A stretch of 64,000 bases of DNA from Phoronis australis (GCA_002633005.1 NMRA01000005.1:1533635-1597634); one strand, 5' to 3'. Positions 24,601-38,990 are shown, numbered from the stretch's first letter. Numbers and translations: made by a program. The notes: generated from the sequence alone by a model not told the origin.

Positions 24601-25894
24601 TTAAATATACAGATACAAATACAACACGAATTTCAATTGTTTGCACAAGATCACCATTGTAAATGTAAAAACGGACAAAGATATAATTTCTAATGTAAAT
24701 GTATGTTGCTTGTACAAAATATCTTGCCCATAAAGATCACGAATGATTACACGTTATACTTACCTAAAACGTACCGAGAGTGGCGTAGATGAAGTAATAT
24801 CCCACGAGACATTGTTCCGCGTATCGATCGAGACCGCTTCGAATTCCTAAGTTTCTTTCATTTTTTCGGCAGATTTTTTAAATGCTTTACTCAGACTGTT
24901 CACGTGACGGATCACATCTTATATGTATGTACTTGCGCGTAAGGTTGCAAGTTTTCTTTCGTAAAAGAAAGTTTTAAATGTTACGATTTATTACTTGAAA
25001 AAGAGATAACAAAGATAAAAACAATAGTAACTGTGCATTGAACTTGTAACATCTCCTGAAAATAGTTAAGCAACAACAATATCTGATATTGTAATTACCG
25101 AGGAATCGGCGCCTGAGTTGCAGACGATAAAATATTTAGCAATTGAAAATTGAGACAGAACTGTCATATAATTAACAGTTCTGTTCCAGATGTTACGATT
25201 CGGACCTGATTGCATGTTCAGTGTTATTTTAACAGTTGCAATTGTATTACTTTAAAGTATTATTGAAAGGTTTGATGGTCGAACCGGCGAGCGACGTCGA
25301 GTCGACATTGACCTACCTTTTGAACTTTCCATGTCAGAGGTCGCTGTTGGTGCAGGTGATTGCGGAAACAATATTATATGACCGTATTGCACTCAACTGA
25401 TTCAACGCGTATCGATAAATATATGGAAAGCATGTAAGGTATTTTATCCATAAATGTGAATTTAAAAAAGTCAATGTCAGTTTAAGTAACAAATCATTCC
25501 ACCATGAAATAGCAATTTAGCAACTCTTTCGAATAGAGCCATAATCAAGTAATTCAGACAATTGTGAGTGTTTTGAATATCAGGGTATTCATCGAGTGTC
25601 TGGAAAAGCTCCTCGTTCACTGCGCAGTCAAAGATGATGATGGAAGCCTTCATAGCAACACGGTTGTGACGGATCCCTAAGATGGCGTCTAAATTTATTG
25701 CTGTTAAGGAACAATCCGCGCTGATAGGTTTAGATATTTGAGGTTTGGTTATGGGAAATTAAATATGCCTTCTGCTTCATGAATGGCAGCAAAACCCTGT
25801 GAAAATAATCAAAATCTGCCTTTTTTCAATGACGTCAAGGCAGAGGCCAATCATTGCGCAGAAGGTAATTTCCATAACCAAGCCTCGAATGGCT

Positions 25895-28800
25895 CTCGCT
25901 GGTTCCCTGCGTGCCGCTAGGTGGGGCGCTAGCCGCACCAGCACGCAGGTATCACTTAATTTTCCTTGGGAATTTTTTTTGAACCCGGCGTTTCTGGTTG
26001 GCTAGTCGAATTCTCAACAGGCAGCGCTTTACGCAAACAAACTGGCATAAATGATGGACTTAAGTGTGAATGTGGTCTGCTGTACAGACAAATGGGTGCT
26101 TAAAATTTATGTTCAGGAAATGTGAAGCTTAGAAATTGTGATTGCGCCTTTTCGGAATGCATCTTTCTACTGTGGATGACTTTTGTTTACGATAGTGTCC
26201 TCTATTCATAGAGTAAACACCGGTTAAATCGGCCAGATATGTGTTTCTTGTACGTGTATGTGCTTCAAGCACGCGGCTATTAAGTACTAGTCCACGAGAG
26301 CACCAGCCATGAGCGGCAAGGTGGGGGTCAGCCAATTTTCACCAAATTTGGCACATAGGTAGTCCTATGGGATCTATAAACAGCTGTAAAATATTTCCTC
26401 AAAATATTGCGTTTTTCTAAAGTTATAGGCTCAAACACATTTTACGGCTTCGCAGCCATGTTTTCACGGTATAAAAACTGTCCAGTTTTAACTGTTCATA
26501 TTTTTCCTTGAATGAAAGCTATTGATTTATTATTCACTTGGCATTGTTTAGTGGTGCCTGTAGATTGTTACACAGATGTCTTGAAACACGATTCCGATTT
26601 ACCACCCTCATTTAGTAGTTTTACTACACTGCCCCCCGTTATGCCATTTTGAGGTTGTGTTCAGTACACTGCTGTACCAAATCTGCCCCCACTGTTATGA
26701 GAATGAAACTTAGCCAAAATGTTGACAAAACATGTTACTTTCATTTCATAAAATAAAAACTTTGTCAGCCAGTTTATTAGTTATATATTTTGGCACCTCA
26801 AATGTACTAAAATGAGAAATTTTCATATATCTGAAATCGATGCGTGAGCACCGTAAAATCCGATTGTCCTTCATGTTTTTCGATATTTTGCAACAAGTTA
26901 GTTCCTCCTGAATGTTTTGAACGTTTTACTACTGATCACTTAGGGCTACAGTACCCCTAAATACCATACATGGCTCCATTTTGTAAAAAGCCGATTATGT
27001 CCTCCACAGTGAACAGGGTTAGACATGAACTCGACAAATGTAGGTTATTTTGATTTACAGTTGTTTTACTTTGCAATTTCCTCATGGGTATTTCTTCACA
27101 CATATTCAAGTCAGATTTTCTGTTGATCAAATGTTCATGCAATGCATTGTAATATCAAATGAAGGATAAGTTTGGTTGCATGACCGCAATTTTTCCCACG
27201 ACTTAAAACAAAAGACCGCAGAAATTTTCCTGACGAAATACCGGGTTTGCAGTTCTGTAAAAACATTCGAATGACAAGACAAACTCCACCACTGTCCATG
27301 GCAACTCGTCGCATGTTTTTCGCCCATCGGTCCTATCATTGTTTTCCTTTGTTGTGTCATTGTTGGATGTAACAACACGGGTCGCATGGATCTAGAACCT
27401 TGTGTACATCAGACCGTTGCCGATAAGTGCTCGTCATTATATCTTTATTATAACAACGGAAACAATGAAGATGCTAATCTATTGTTCTCTATGCGACCAG
27501 GTTTCCCGTGGATGACCACAGAAGAGGAATCCCAAAGTATCCACAAACAATGACCACGCACCTTAGTAACTATTACCGCGCACACGAATCCTTTCCGTGG
27601 AACCTAAACACCAAATTTTTATATCCGTGTATTGTGTTGTATTGCTCATGGTACGGGTTCAGACTCTGTTGTATTAAGATTCCAATCCCCAACCCTGTAA
27701 TATGTAGTTTGAGTAAAATTTCTAGACAATGCAGGTTTATGGATTTATTCTCCTTCAAATGAAGAGTAAAAATCAAATTCTGCACAGGTTTTTTAAAAGT
27801 AATCACTTATTGGAAGATCACACATCTAAAAAATAAAACAATGTTTGACAATTTTATTCATTATCTTATTTGAAAATTGCCTACCTCACAGACAACTCAT
27901 CTAAGTTGAAAATATTCCTTGTGAAAAAATATAAAATACCAACCAGAGACTTGTGTACTACAAAATATGTTTTCGTAATACAATGCAAAGATAACTGTAC
28001 AGTCAAAAGTGCAAATGTTATGACTCTAATAAAAAATTGCCTTCTAGATCTTTTCAACACTCTAATTGCTACAGGACAGAGTCAACCACACAAAGCTCAT
28101 AAAGTCAGGGAATTACATTTAAGGTGATGTAGTCTCACTGCGAAAAAGTGATTTCGCAATATCGCTGACAACACTGGAAATCTCTTCTTCACAAACTTGA
28201 GGTAGCTGTATTTACCACATCAATGTTCTTATCAAAACTAACCACCACAAAATGAAAAATTGGCTTGTCGGTTCCAATTAGGCAGCATTTTACAATGAAA
28301 TGGTCATGAAAAAATACTTTTGCAACATGGTTTGCATTACAATTGCCCTACGATTACAGTTGTACATACATACTAGACCAGTAACAAAATTACCCATGGG
28401 AACCATAAAATGGTCAATTCGCCAAAAAAACAAGGAGCCACCAGAGCTAATGTGCCAATACTTTTCAGTACTGCAACAAAAAATCATTTGAAGTGGACAT
28501 AAACTCGCCTAAAATCACATAAAACAACTTTTGATTTAGATATTTTACCATCACGAAATAGGTATTACTTCCAGGTCACTTTTGAGCAATTTCAGAACTT
28601 TGAAAGATCTGGCAATATGCAATTGCTAAAGACCAGACTAATAGTGTGCGATTTTATACACACAGCATGGTCTCAAGGAATAGCAAACTGTCAATTCGCT
28701 ACAATTCCAGAAATCACTTCCCATCTGGATAAGGAACAAACTGAGCAAAGTTTATAGAGGTAAATGGTCTAAATCAAAACTTATTACCTCCTGGACAGAA

Positions 28801-31517
28801 TATGGGTTTACAACCCAGGTAGAAAGATAAGTTAACAAAACCAGCCTAACTGCAACAGGGTCTCAAATTTCAGTAATATATACCCATTTACAAACAAAAA
28901 TCTATAATGGTAAATAAAATGCGGAAACATAAATTCAGATCAATTATGCATCTTCAAGGAAAAGGAACAGTACAGTGGTCAGAAATCCTCTAAATGTGAT
29001 GGCCACACTGAGAAATCCTGTCAGACCAAAAAATCCAGTGGCTAAACAAAATGAACAATGTACCATTACCATGTGGCCCAGGATCATGATCCGTGCCCGG
29101 AGAAAAATTCAGTCTTAGACTAGGTAAATTTTAGATTTGTGCTGTTCACACAAGCAGTTCTGGTGCAAACAAAGCTTGCGACAACACACAAGCCTACTTC
29201 CCTACACAGCTGTGCTGATACAATAATGCCCCCACTGGATTTAGCAGATCAGCCAGAGTATTTACAGGTCCAGCCACTGTACTGTTTCCTCCCATTGAAT
29301 TTTTACAATGCTACATCCTTGAAAATCGCAGATTGCCTCTTTCTATGCATACTCCACTTCCTCTGTCCCAGTTTCCCCACATTTGTTGAGAGTGGCCTAT
29401 CTCAACAAATTACTTTGGACCTGTTGTGGTATAAGCCAGTAATCTTTGGCAAATGCTTTTTCCCCAACTCGTTCCTCAAGCTACAAATTCTCTTTTACAT
29501 ATCTTCTGGGAGTAGACTTTTCGGCCTCTCTCTAGCCCCCTCACTTAGTTGTCCAGAAGGGTATCTTCTCGCTGGTTGTGAAATTTTCCATACCCAACCT
29601 TTACTAATAATCGGCAAGTCTCCAACTTCAGCAGAAGCCACTTCTTCAGCATAAGCCTTTCCCGATTCCTAAAATTGTATTAATGAAAAATTAAACATAT
29701 TAAATTTAATGTGGCCATTTCGGCTCACAAAATATGAATACCAAGCTAAAATAAGTGAAGGGACCAATATTTTTGACGGCTTTAGCATGTTTAATTAACT
29801 TCACAATCGCAGAAAATCATTGGTAGACAAAACATACTCCCTAGTCTCTAAAAGTATTTCATGGGCAGAAGTCATGTTACACATTTGGTGGTTGTTATGA
29901 AAAGTTATGATGACAACCTTATTTTCTATGCCATTGTATACATGTAGTTGCATAAACATCAACACATTTGGATAAGATATGATTAAGCAATAAGGCCAAA
30001 GCTATAAGCAATCACTTTGTGTCAATAAAAGTATTTTTGCATGAATGACGGGCTTCTAAAAATATTCCTCAGGGTGAGACCCTGGAGTTTAGTGATTCCT
30101 ACCTGAGCTCACACGAAGCAGGACGTTGAACCTTGACTTTAAACGTCTTTGGTAATTTTTCAGACCTCTATCAGATTTCTCCTCTAGTGTGCAGTGAATG
30201 TTCTAAGTGTCTTTGGCGACGCCAACATATCTCGAGTGTTGTAACGATGATTCGGGCAAGTGAACCTAATACGGTAGATTATGTAGCTCCTGCTGCACAC
30301 AGTGCCTCCGAGGCAGACACTGAGACAGACTACTCAGGAGGACACGTTCCACCTCCACATCAGCTCCACGTACTCTTATAAGGTGCTCAAATGTCTCGCT
30401 CTATACCTTGTGTATTTCCCTAGAGTTTCCAAAGTTGTTTCTCCCCGCAATTTGTAGAAATACCACATTCGATGCGACTGGCAGTGCCAGATAAATAGAT
30501 AAATTCGTAAACCCGCACTTTAGGTCAGCCATCATTCAACTAACGCATTGTAAGCTTTAGTTTGGTATTCAGACGAATTGGATGAACAAATTTAGTATAA
30601 TTTCATATTTTATTGGGAAATGCTAGTGTCCTTAAAATTAATTAAAAACATTTAAGCAAACCAATTGTTTTAATTGTTGTATTATACCACGGCATATTAA
30701 TGCGTAGAAACGGCGCACAACTAGTGACTGGTTTAACATGACAAATACACATACGCGGTCTGAAAATAGTGAAATTCAGACACCTATTACCAAGCTTGCC
30801 TGAAGGGCTGACAAAGTTTTTATTGTATTAATTTCAAGGGCATGGAGTCTTCTACATGTCCATGTTATTATTTTTAGTTTTCTCGTGGGGGCAGCTTCGC
30901 TATAAGGGTACAGCTTACTGCTGCTTTTTCACAAGACGGAAACGTACCTCCACGGAAACAGTTCCAGTGTTACCATGGTAACCGATATTGCAGTGTCGGT
31001 GCCGTTTTTACTGACATTGGTCATGAACCTATCATGTGATATCAAAATTGTTCAGAAATGATTCTGTTTGAAGCAGAAACTGGAGTAGAAAATTTGGTCA
31101 AAAATGACTCATTCCACACCAAGAAATTGCCTCATTTTGCCCCCCAGAACACTTCCCTTGTATCTCCTAAACCACCAAACTTTGTGGTGTCATACTTCCC
31201 TCATTTTCTCTCATCCCTAATGTGATTTATCAGACTAAACATGGATCTGAATGGTTGACCCCCCACCTTGCCGCTTGTTGGCTGTACTGTGGTCGGTGGA
31301 TCCGTGGACTGATACTTAAACATCACTGCAGAAACGAAATAGATGCTGCGACGCCACTTGCATGACAAGGCTAAAGATTGTTCACAGTCCGCCATTTTTT
31401 CACGGTGTTGTAACGCTAACTACTGACTGCCGAGGTTGCATCGACGAATGCAAAAGCGCGTGCCACTGCGTGATACCTGCGTGCCGGCTGGGTTAAGCAC
31501 GCAGGGAACCAGCGAGC
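25895..31517. mobile_element. TIR DNA element of unclear family, hosting the Sola3-like insertion
   Basis: TIRs CTCGCTGGTTCCCTGCGTGC..GCACGCAGGTATCAC and GTGATACCTGCGTGC..GCACGCAGGGAACCAGCGAG; direct repeat AATGG(CT) near both ends. Confidence 0.65.
26284..31315 (-). mobile_element. Internally deleted Sola3-like DNA transposon
   Basis: TTAA on both sides; TIRs GTA..AGTCCACG...AGCGGCAAGGTGGGGGTCA. Minus-strand relics CPNHR..ICWRR..H..DRG (~30100-30480) and KGWVWK...RNELGKK..WLIPQQVQS (~29400-29670) resemble the Sola3 transposase N- and C-termini from recall. Confidence 0.55.
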
Positions 31518-32369
31518 AAATGGCTAAACCAATCGGCGCCATCTTGAGGTTTGAGACTAGGCTGCGACGAATGTTCGATTCACACCAAGTATTGTTATTT
31601 CACAGGAGACATACTCTTCCAAAGTAACGTAATTGCATCCTCACGCTTTCTGCGTGTTAAAATTACAATAAATCATCTGCAATATCCCCTGACGGCCGTA
31701 TTATACATGTACTTTGGCAACTGAAACTAACCCGCCTGTACTGCCTAAAACAAATGACGACCTGACAAATCTTTTCCAGAGTATAGGTCATTTCTAATTT
31801 GAACAAGGACAAGGTGAGACAGACTTAATAACAGTTTTTGACAGAATAGATCTAAGGAGCGGTTTATTGCCCCCCTTAACATGGACCAACCCGGACGTTT
31901 CTACTTAATTATTCGACTTCAAATTTCTCAAAAACGATGCTGAACTAGAACCGACTTGAACTAAACGGAAAGAAATGTGAAGTAACCAAGAATGAAATTA
32001 ATTCTTCACACGTGTGTCAGCGTCTAGAGTTGCATAAAGGTTCTCGAATGGTGTTGAACGAAAACTGAGATTACAGGAATATTATCGAAACAAAAAGTAC
32101 GCTGTAACTCAATCGATACATGCCGAAAGTATGGATGATGTAATGTTGCATTTCTCTTCGTTTAGCAGGCTAAAATAAAAAAAATAAATGATCATTTACT
32201 CCCACGAAATAAGTGGTGTTATAATATTGCTTGCCGTGATAGGATTCCATTTTTGATAGCAACTCAAGTCAATGACACTGCGTACACGAGCTTTTTTTTC
32301 CAATAAGCAGGTTTATGGTTGGCCAACACCAATGAGCTCTGAAGTGTTTTCTCGAGTCGCTAATGATTT

Positions 32370-35300
32370 CGACGCTAGTATCGGTAACGGAAATAAATTC
32401 CTATCACGATCAGGGACATTATGAGACCGATTGTATGAAAGCAAAATGCCTGATTAGATTTTCATTTGAAGCCGAGCTAAACAGGCCGAAATGCACACTG
32501 CGAGACACACCCTGCGTGAAATCGAGCTCAATTCCGCAAAGTACTGCCATCATTAATATGCACCCTGTTTCCAAAACTTGTGTTTTATTTTCATAGTTTT
32601 GTGACGCGAACATAATAATCGCACGCTGGTCATGCCCAACTGAAACGTGACTGTAAAAGTAAGTGCGAGTATAATACATGAACTGCAGCTAATCCAGCTC
32701 ACTGAAAAACGGCGGGCAGTTTGACGATAAAAAGTCTGAGCGCCTCTGCAATTAGAGTAAATAAGATAACGATTTGCTTTTTTTTGTGATGACAATTATA
32801 GTTTCGAAACCAAAACAGAGAGACAGTAAAATCCTAAAATAGACAACTCCGAGGTAAGGGCTACGCTCTTTACAAATCAAAGTCGGAAGAAAACCCAGCG
32901 GCCACTTACAAAACATACGGGTTAGGCAGTGAACGATACCACCGCCGCCGTCGAAAACACTGTCTACAAAATGATCTTTTTCATTTTAGGTCAAACACAT
33001 GTTTGCCTTTTAATTATGCTCACTCTACTAAAGGTGGGATTTCATCTTCCTGACTCTTGGGGTGGGTATCCTAATTTTTCAACGCCAAACCTCCCGTCAA
33101 TATGCACACTCGATTTTGGTGTGCGCTTTAGGATGTCAGTCCGTTACTACCAAAATCGAGCGAAGCACATCTAAAACTAAAATGGGGCAAAATAAACTTG
33201 AGAACTGAACACTTGGTCTCTGAAAGCGTTGCTTGTCAGAGTAGGTTGAAACCGTCCGGTGGATACTCTACTAAATACACAATTGTGTCAGCGTGCACAG
33301 CTGTGCAGGAAAGTAGTTGCGCGCGTTGTTTCTACAAGAATTGCTGTGCACACAAGACTAAATTTGAGCAGCCACCGAGCTTGATCCTGCACCAGTGGAC
33401 TGAGTTGGTGTAACTTAATGGTGATAGTGCGCGGCATTCATGATGTTGACCACAGCATTTTTCAGTGTGGCTATTAGATTTAGCGGTCAGAAAAGACTAC
33501 CATTATTTGCAGATTTGTAAATGATCTGAATTTATATTTCCAAACGTTTTTGATTTTTACGAATTAGGTTTGATTTCTCTATAAACTATTTTTTGCCATT
33601 TCCTAAGCCCATGTCGGGGAAAGGGCAAAAAATAGTTAATAGAAAAACCAAGCCTTTTCCCTAATTTTTCAGTTTCTGTGCACTTAGCTAGTTCCCGTTT
33701 CCACCGACAGGTTTGATTTTCCAAACAAGTTAGGTTTGATTTTCGAAATGATTGATTCTTACGAATGTGTTTTGATATTTCTATTAACTTTTTACCCTCT
33801 CCGCGGCCCATAGATGTCAACCAACCAGTTAAGGGATCTCGTAACATTCACGCAATGGCCTCGAATTCTAACCTGTTGACTAAAAAAAAAACGGTAACGG
33901 AAACGGAACCTTATCACGATCAGGAATATTACAAGATCGATTTTATGAGAGTAAAGTGCCTGGTTCGATTTTCGGTTGAAGCCGAGCTGCACAAGGTGAA
34001 ATACAGCTTTGTTTTACGATGGTTTATTTTCCAACTAAGTCAACTATTACGTGAGACACACCCTGAGTGAAATCGAGCTCAATTTCGCAGAGTATTGTCA
34101 CCATTAACCTGTTTCCAAACTCTGTGTTTTATATTCATTTTTGTGTCATGGACATAATTATCACACGCTGGTCATGCACAACTAAAATGTGACTCTGAAA
34201 GTGCGAGAAAACATACGAAATGTTCTTAAGTCAGTTCATATGCGTTAACCGGGAAGCAATACCGAAGCTAGTTTACAGTGAAACAACAACGTGAGGATGA
34301 GATAAAAGGTCCATATATATTATGACAAACTAGATACTGAAAAAGGGGAGCAGCTTGACGGTCTAAACTTTGAGCGCCTCTGCAATTAGACTAAGTAAGA
34401 CAATGACTTATGACACTTATAGCAGCGGTGGATCTAGGATATCACAAGGGGGGGCAACATTTTGTCTGTAAACATTTGCTCAAAACGACGATTATAGATG
34501 CGCATAGCACGGAATGGGGGGGGAGGTCGCGAGGGGGGTTTGCCCCAGGAAATGTTTCTGTTTTTTCCTCTAAAAATCAAGCATTTTCCTTGATTCCTGA
34601 AATATTATCCAAGAAAAAAGGCAAAAAATTAAAAAAAATATAAAAAATAAACAAAAACACGGAGAACGTGTCAAACAGGAAAAACTGCAAGGATCACAGA
34701 CTCGTGCACCACCACGACTCATACTTTGATAATAAGAGACCTACTTGTTTATGGTTCACAGCATTTGCGCGCGAAACCTCCATCTTTTTTAATGCTTATT
34801 ACATGTTTTATATTTTGTGCAATCAGTTCGTAACACATTTGTTGTATTTAAAACAGTCTTCAATTGCCCAAAAGACCAAATCCGTTTTTTGTGTTGGCAA
34901 TAATGACGCGATTGCTTAGGAAATCGTGTTAAGCTAAGGTTTGACAAAGAAAGAACTATGAGTTTCTGAGTGATTCACTAAAGCTTCGATTAAAAGTGAC
35001 ATCTTACCAGCAGCTTCTGTTTTTTCATCATCACTCAGATTTCATTTTCTTTAAAAAATGAAGTAGGCCTAATTTTCTTCATTGCACAGTGGAGCAGACG
35101 ACGGAAACGGAGTCGTAGTGCCCAGCGCCACTGCCGGTCGCCTGAGATATCGCGGGAGAGCCTATACTTAGCCATAGTACCGTTACGATTGCGCCGTATT
35201 CCGAATTTGACACTTGAAATTGGATCTGAGCCCCCCCCTCCCAACACTAAAACTGCACGCATTTAAATCCTGTTTCAGCCGTACAATTTTAATTTCCGGG

Positions 35301-35685
35301 GTTAATTAATAAACTCAACATTTCCCTACGCTCTTGCCGTTTTATTTTTTTTGCGACAGCCAAGGGGGGGGAGGCCTTCTGCCCCCCCCAAATGCTCCTA
35401 TGTCTTGGTTTGAAATCAAAACTGATGGACAGTCAAATTCTAAAATTGCAAACGCCGTCATAAGTGTTACGACCTTTACAAATCCTAAGTAAAATCGATT
35501 AAAAACCCAGCTGGCCAAGCAGTGAACGACACCATCGCCGCCGCCACACAACACTCTACAAAATGACATCTTTTTCATTATAGGTCCAACTGTTTGCCAC
35601 TTATTATGCTGACTCTACTGAAGGTGGGTTTTCATCTTCCTGGCTCTTGAGGTGGGTATCCTAATTTTTCAACGCCAAACCTCTC
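32370..35685 (+). repeat. Local tandem duplication in intron 1
   Basis: 32370-32770 matches 33890-34410 and 32890-33093 matches 35500-35683. The second copy is interrupted by a hAT-like insertion starting at ~34422. Confidence 0.8.
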
Positions 35686-36035
35686 AGAGATACTCAAGTG
35701 CCCCCAAAGTTATGAAACGCCAAGCATACAATTACCAATTTATTTTAGTTAATATTTTCAAAAAAAGCATATAGCATATTCATGACAAAATGTTTAGGCC
35801 TAAGGAAAAGCTACATGGATATTAGTCTTATTTTTGCAATGATTTGAAATTAAAAGAATAACATCGATTAACATCAATATTTTTGAACAATTTGGGACTT
35901 GACTGTCAAATGTTGAAAATATGCTATTCACAAAAACCTTCAGGATTTCCAAAAACTTGTTTTCTTTCTGACAATCACGTCAGCGCTTTTTAGAACACCA
36001 ATGTCGTTACTAACTAAATTGGGATTTCTACCAAC

Positions 36036-36122
36036 CATTCCTCCGAAAATAGTGTCTGACGTCTTTGGTGGTTCTTGAATTCCTACATCCTCGAAAGTGA
36101 TCTCGGGCACGTCATCGGACAT
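36036..36122 (-). CDS. Exon 1 (start) of DUF7789-like multi-pass membrane protein
   Basis: caaaATG in good context, MSDDVPEITFEDVGIQEPPKTSDTIFGGM | GTtggt; 87 nt, phase 0, in frame with exon 2. Confidence 0.7.
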
Positions 36123-37088
36123 TTTGATCCACCTGTGTTCAATGCAGCACAGCAAGAAATTTACATCATCTTCAAATGCGCTTACTCTTGACAACTACGT
36201 CAAGTTAGACGGACCGGAGAACGGAACAATACTTTCAATATCAGATGTCAGGTGATCTGACGTTCCGCTCCGGAAATACTAGCAGCGGATGTTGTGAATG
36301 CAAATTATCGAGGTGGTACAGATAAGTAAAACTATATCACATGTCGTGAACACATCCACTACCACAAGAAATTGTAGGAACACCGCATTTATCCACTGTC
36401 ACTCTTATCAGGCTTCTATTGTGAGTCAGCATGAGTGAATGATTGGCTGATAAGCCACCTATGGAACTACTTTTGGCTGAATGGATGACCAGGCCATAAA
36501 ATGGTAATTAGCCAAGACCAGTTAACTAATGCAACAAAGAATAATGTCGTAGCATCACCTAGCCTTGGTGGAAAGCTGTATACTGTATTGGCTCTAGCTA
36601 ATAAACGCTTAGAAAAATTCATTTCACTGGGAGGGGACGCTTATTGTAGCCTAAGGCAGTTGAAACCCGGTTTCCGAAACGAGTAAAATCGGAAGCTAGG
36701 ATTCATCAAATTTACGCTCTGTGACGTATTTGTACCTTATGACAGTCTTTCTACAAAATTGTGGTGCATTGCTATCAAACTCCGCTTTTAAATTACGATC
36801 ATTTTTCAAAAAATTGTACCCCACAACACGAGAAAATCTCTGGATGAACACACGTTGTTGTCACGTAACGTTTGTTTTGATGTTCGTCTGCGTATGAGAG
36901 TGAGTGCGTGTGCGGGTCATCGACGACAGACTTTTTTGTTAGAAAAGGCGGATTATGCAAGAAAATGACGTTTACTAGATAGTTTTTCACTTAAACGGCT
37001 GCAACGTGCAAGGTGAGTGCCGGTTAACTCACAGATTTTGTGTGCACAGTCCGACGGCCGTTAGCTCTACCGTGGAGTAAAACATTAA

Positions 37089-38260
37089 CAGCCGATTTCA
37101 TAAATAAGGTTTAACAAAACCAGATTTAAGACTTAAACCTGGTCGTCCTACTCCTGGTCTAGTTTTAGACCCAATTTGCATTTCACCAACGTGGTTTAAG
37201 CTGAAAGGCTTGTTTTGTTAGACCAGGGAACCGGTTTAGTAAAACCAGATTAAAAGTATCTAAGCCACCCTGCTGTGTCAATCTGGATTAACCCAACAAA
37301 GAAACTATTGAAGTGCTTCAATGAAACCACGATCACGTGGGTATACAATGGCATACACTAGTGGAATCAGTGCAGACATTTGCGAAAAAGGTGTAAAAGC
37401 TTTTCCCATGAGGAAAAATGTAATGTGTGTGACCAACACGCGTATGCACACATTAAAGTAGGCTACATACTCACGATTAGCCGTAATATCATAAAGGTCC
37501 ACATTTATTTCCGTGCCATTTTAGTGTTCATTTTTTGCGGCCAAAGGGGGTGCAAGACCCCTTCCCGGCAACATTAAATCGGAGACCAATGGAGGTGGAA
37601 CTCAGAAGAATCAGAAAATGCTGTCTTCAGTCCAACCCGTAGCGCTTATGACGATGACGCCCTGCTCGACCAGTCGTATTCTGAAGAATCCGCAGGACAC
37701 TATCCAGCACGAACTGGTCTACACATAGGCGGATCCAAGGGGGTCAAGGGGTCCGGACTCCCTTTTTGCTTGATTTTAGTGAGATCAAATCTATAATCTT
37801 CAAATCGTTGACTTGGTTCCCCCTTTTAAAAAGTCCTTGACTGACCCCTCCCTTTAAAAGTCGCAGATCCGCCCCTGCTACGTTTGATCTTGTGTCTTCG
37901 TAAAACTGAATTTTGAAAACAGTCCATTTTCGCTCTAAAACTGCGTCGTAAATGCACACCACGGCCTCACTTAGTTGCACCTGTATCATGAAAGTCTGTC
38001 ATATTTTATAGTTAAACCTAGGTCTGACCAAGTCTTAAGTTAAACCTGGTTTAAGATCTTAATACAGATCTAAAGAATATAGACTTCGTTGGTGAAATGA
38101 AAACTCACTTAGACCAGGTCTAAATAGGCGTTAAACCAGGTTTTACTAGACCACTGGTCTAAAAGTTAAGCCACTTTATGAAATGCAGATTATCTTTAAG
38201 CCTGGTCTAAGTGCAGTTTAATCCAGGTTTAACTTTAATCCACCTTTATGAAATTGGCTG
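37089..38260. mobile_element. PIF/Harbinger-type non-autonomous element
   Basis: TIRs CAGCCGATTTCATAAA and TTTATGAAATTGGCTG; many subterminal TTAAACCTGG/CCAGGTTTAA motifs; HARBI-like relic (NP..AYDDDALL) at ~37600-37690. Confidence 0.7.
37724..37877. mobile_element. hAT-type MITE nested in the Harbinger element
   Basis: Termini CATAGGCGGATCC and AGATCCGCCCCTG; flanks CTACA/CTACG. Confidence 0.65.
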
Positions 38261-38264
38261 TATA

Positions 38265-38990
38265 AGTCTAAGTGATGTGGCTCAGTTTCGGGAGTGCCGA
38301 CCATTTTGGTCAAAGTCATGTGAGGAGGCATTTTGAGAAGTTTGAACCAATACGTGATCACGGCAACACAGTGGTTAGTAAATAACGGCAAACGCCGACA
38401 TGCGCTCAGTGCAGCATTGTTTCAGCATGAATTAGCTATACCCAAAACACGCCTGCAAAATTTAATTTGCACTTGTTCTAACCAGTTGTATTCTTGTAAG
38501 CCCCATATTTCTGCTCCATAGCATGAGCTGGGGTAAATTATTTATCAAATGTCTCAAAAGCCACACGTGGTTGAAATATGGTCCAGCTTCTTTGTAGCTT
38601 GTCGACTGTAATGGCTACTTCCGTGGCTTGGGCTGACAGGGTCTGAGCAGCCATAGTCCACAATAACTTTGGCGTGAACACAACACCAAGATACTTGTAG
38701 CTGGCATGGAAATCACTTCGAGTTTTTCACCTCCAAATTACCACATCTCGCAATTTCTCAAGCGACCTCCGTTTCTAAACATCATAACTGTGGTCTTCAC
38801 TAAATTTACAGACACGATCCATTCCTGCGAGAACTTACTTAAAGCACACGGTAGTTTTTGCAGTTTAACTGGAGATTAAGTACACAAAGCCATATCATCA
38901 GCATAACACAAAACTTTCACATCGGAAACATTTTGACATAGAAGAATACCATCGTCATTACTAGAATGGATACATTCTACAAAGTCATTA
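38265..38990 (-). pseudogene. Non-LTR retrotransposon reverse transcriptase fragment (L2/Daphne/Crack-like)
   Basis: Minus strand CYADDMAL, VNLVKTTVMMF, YKYLGVVF, CYGAEIWG, QIKFCRRVLG, with stops and frameshifts. Confidence 0.85.

Noticed and set aside
29139-29654. 171-aa plus-strand ORF
   Set aside because: It is the antisense shadow of the degenerate minus-strand transposase exon and has no recognisable domain.
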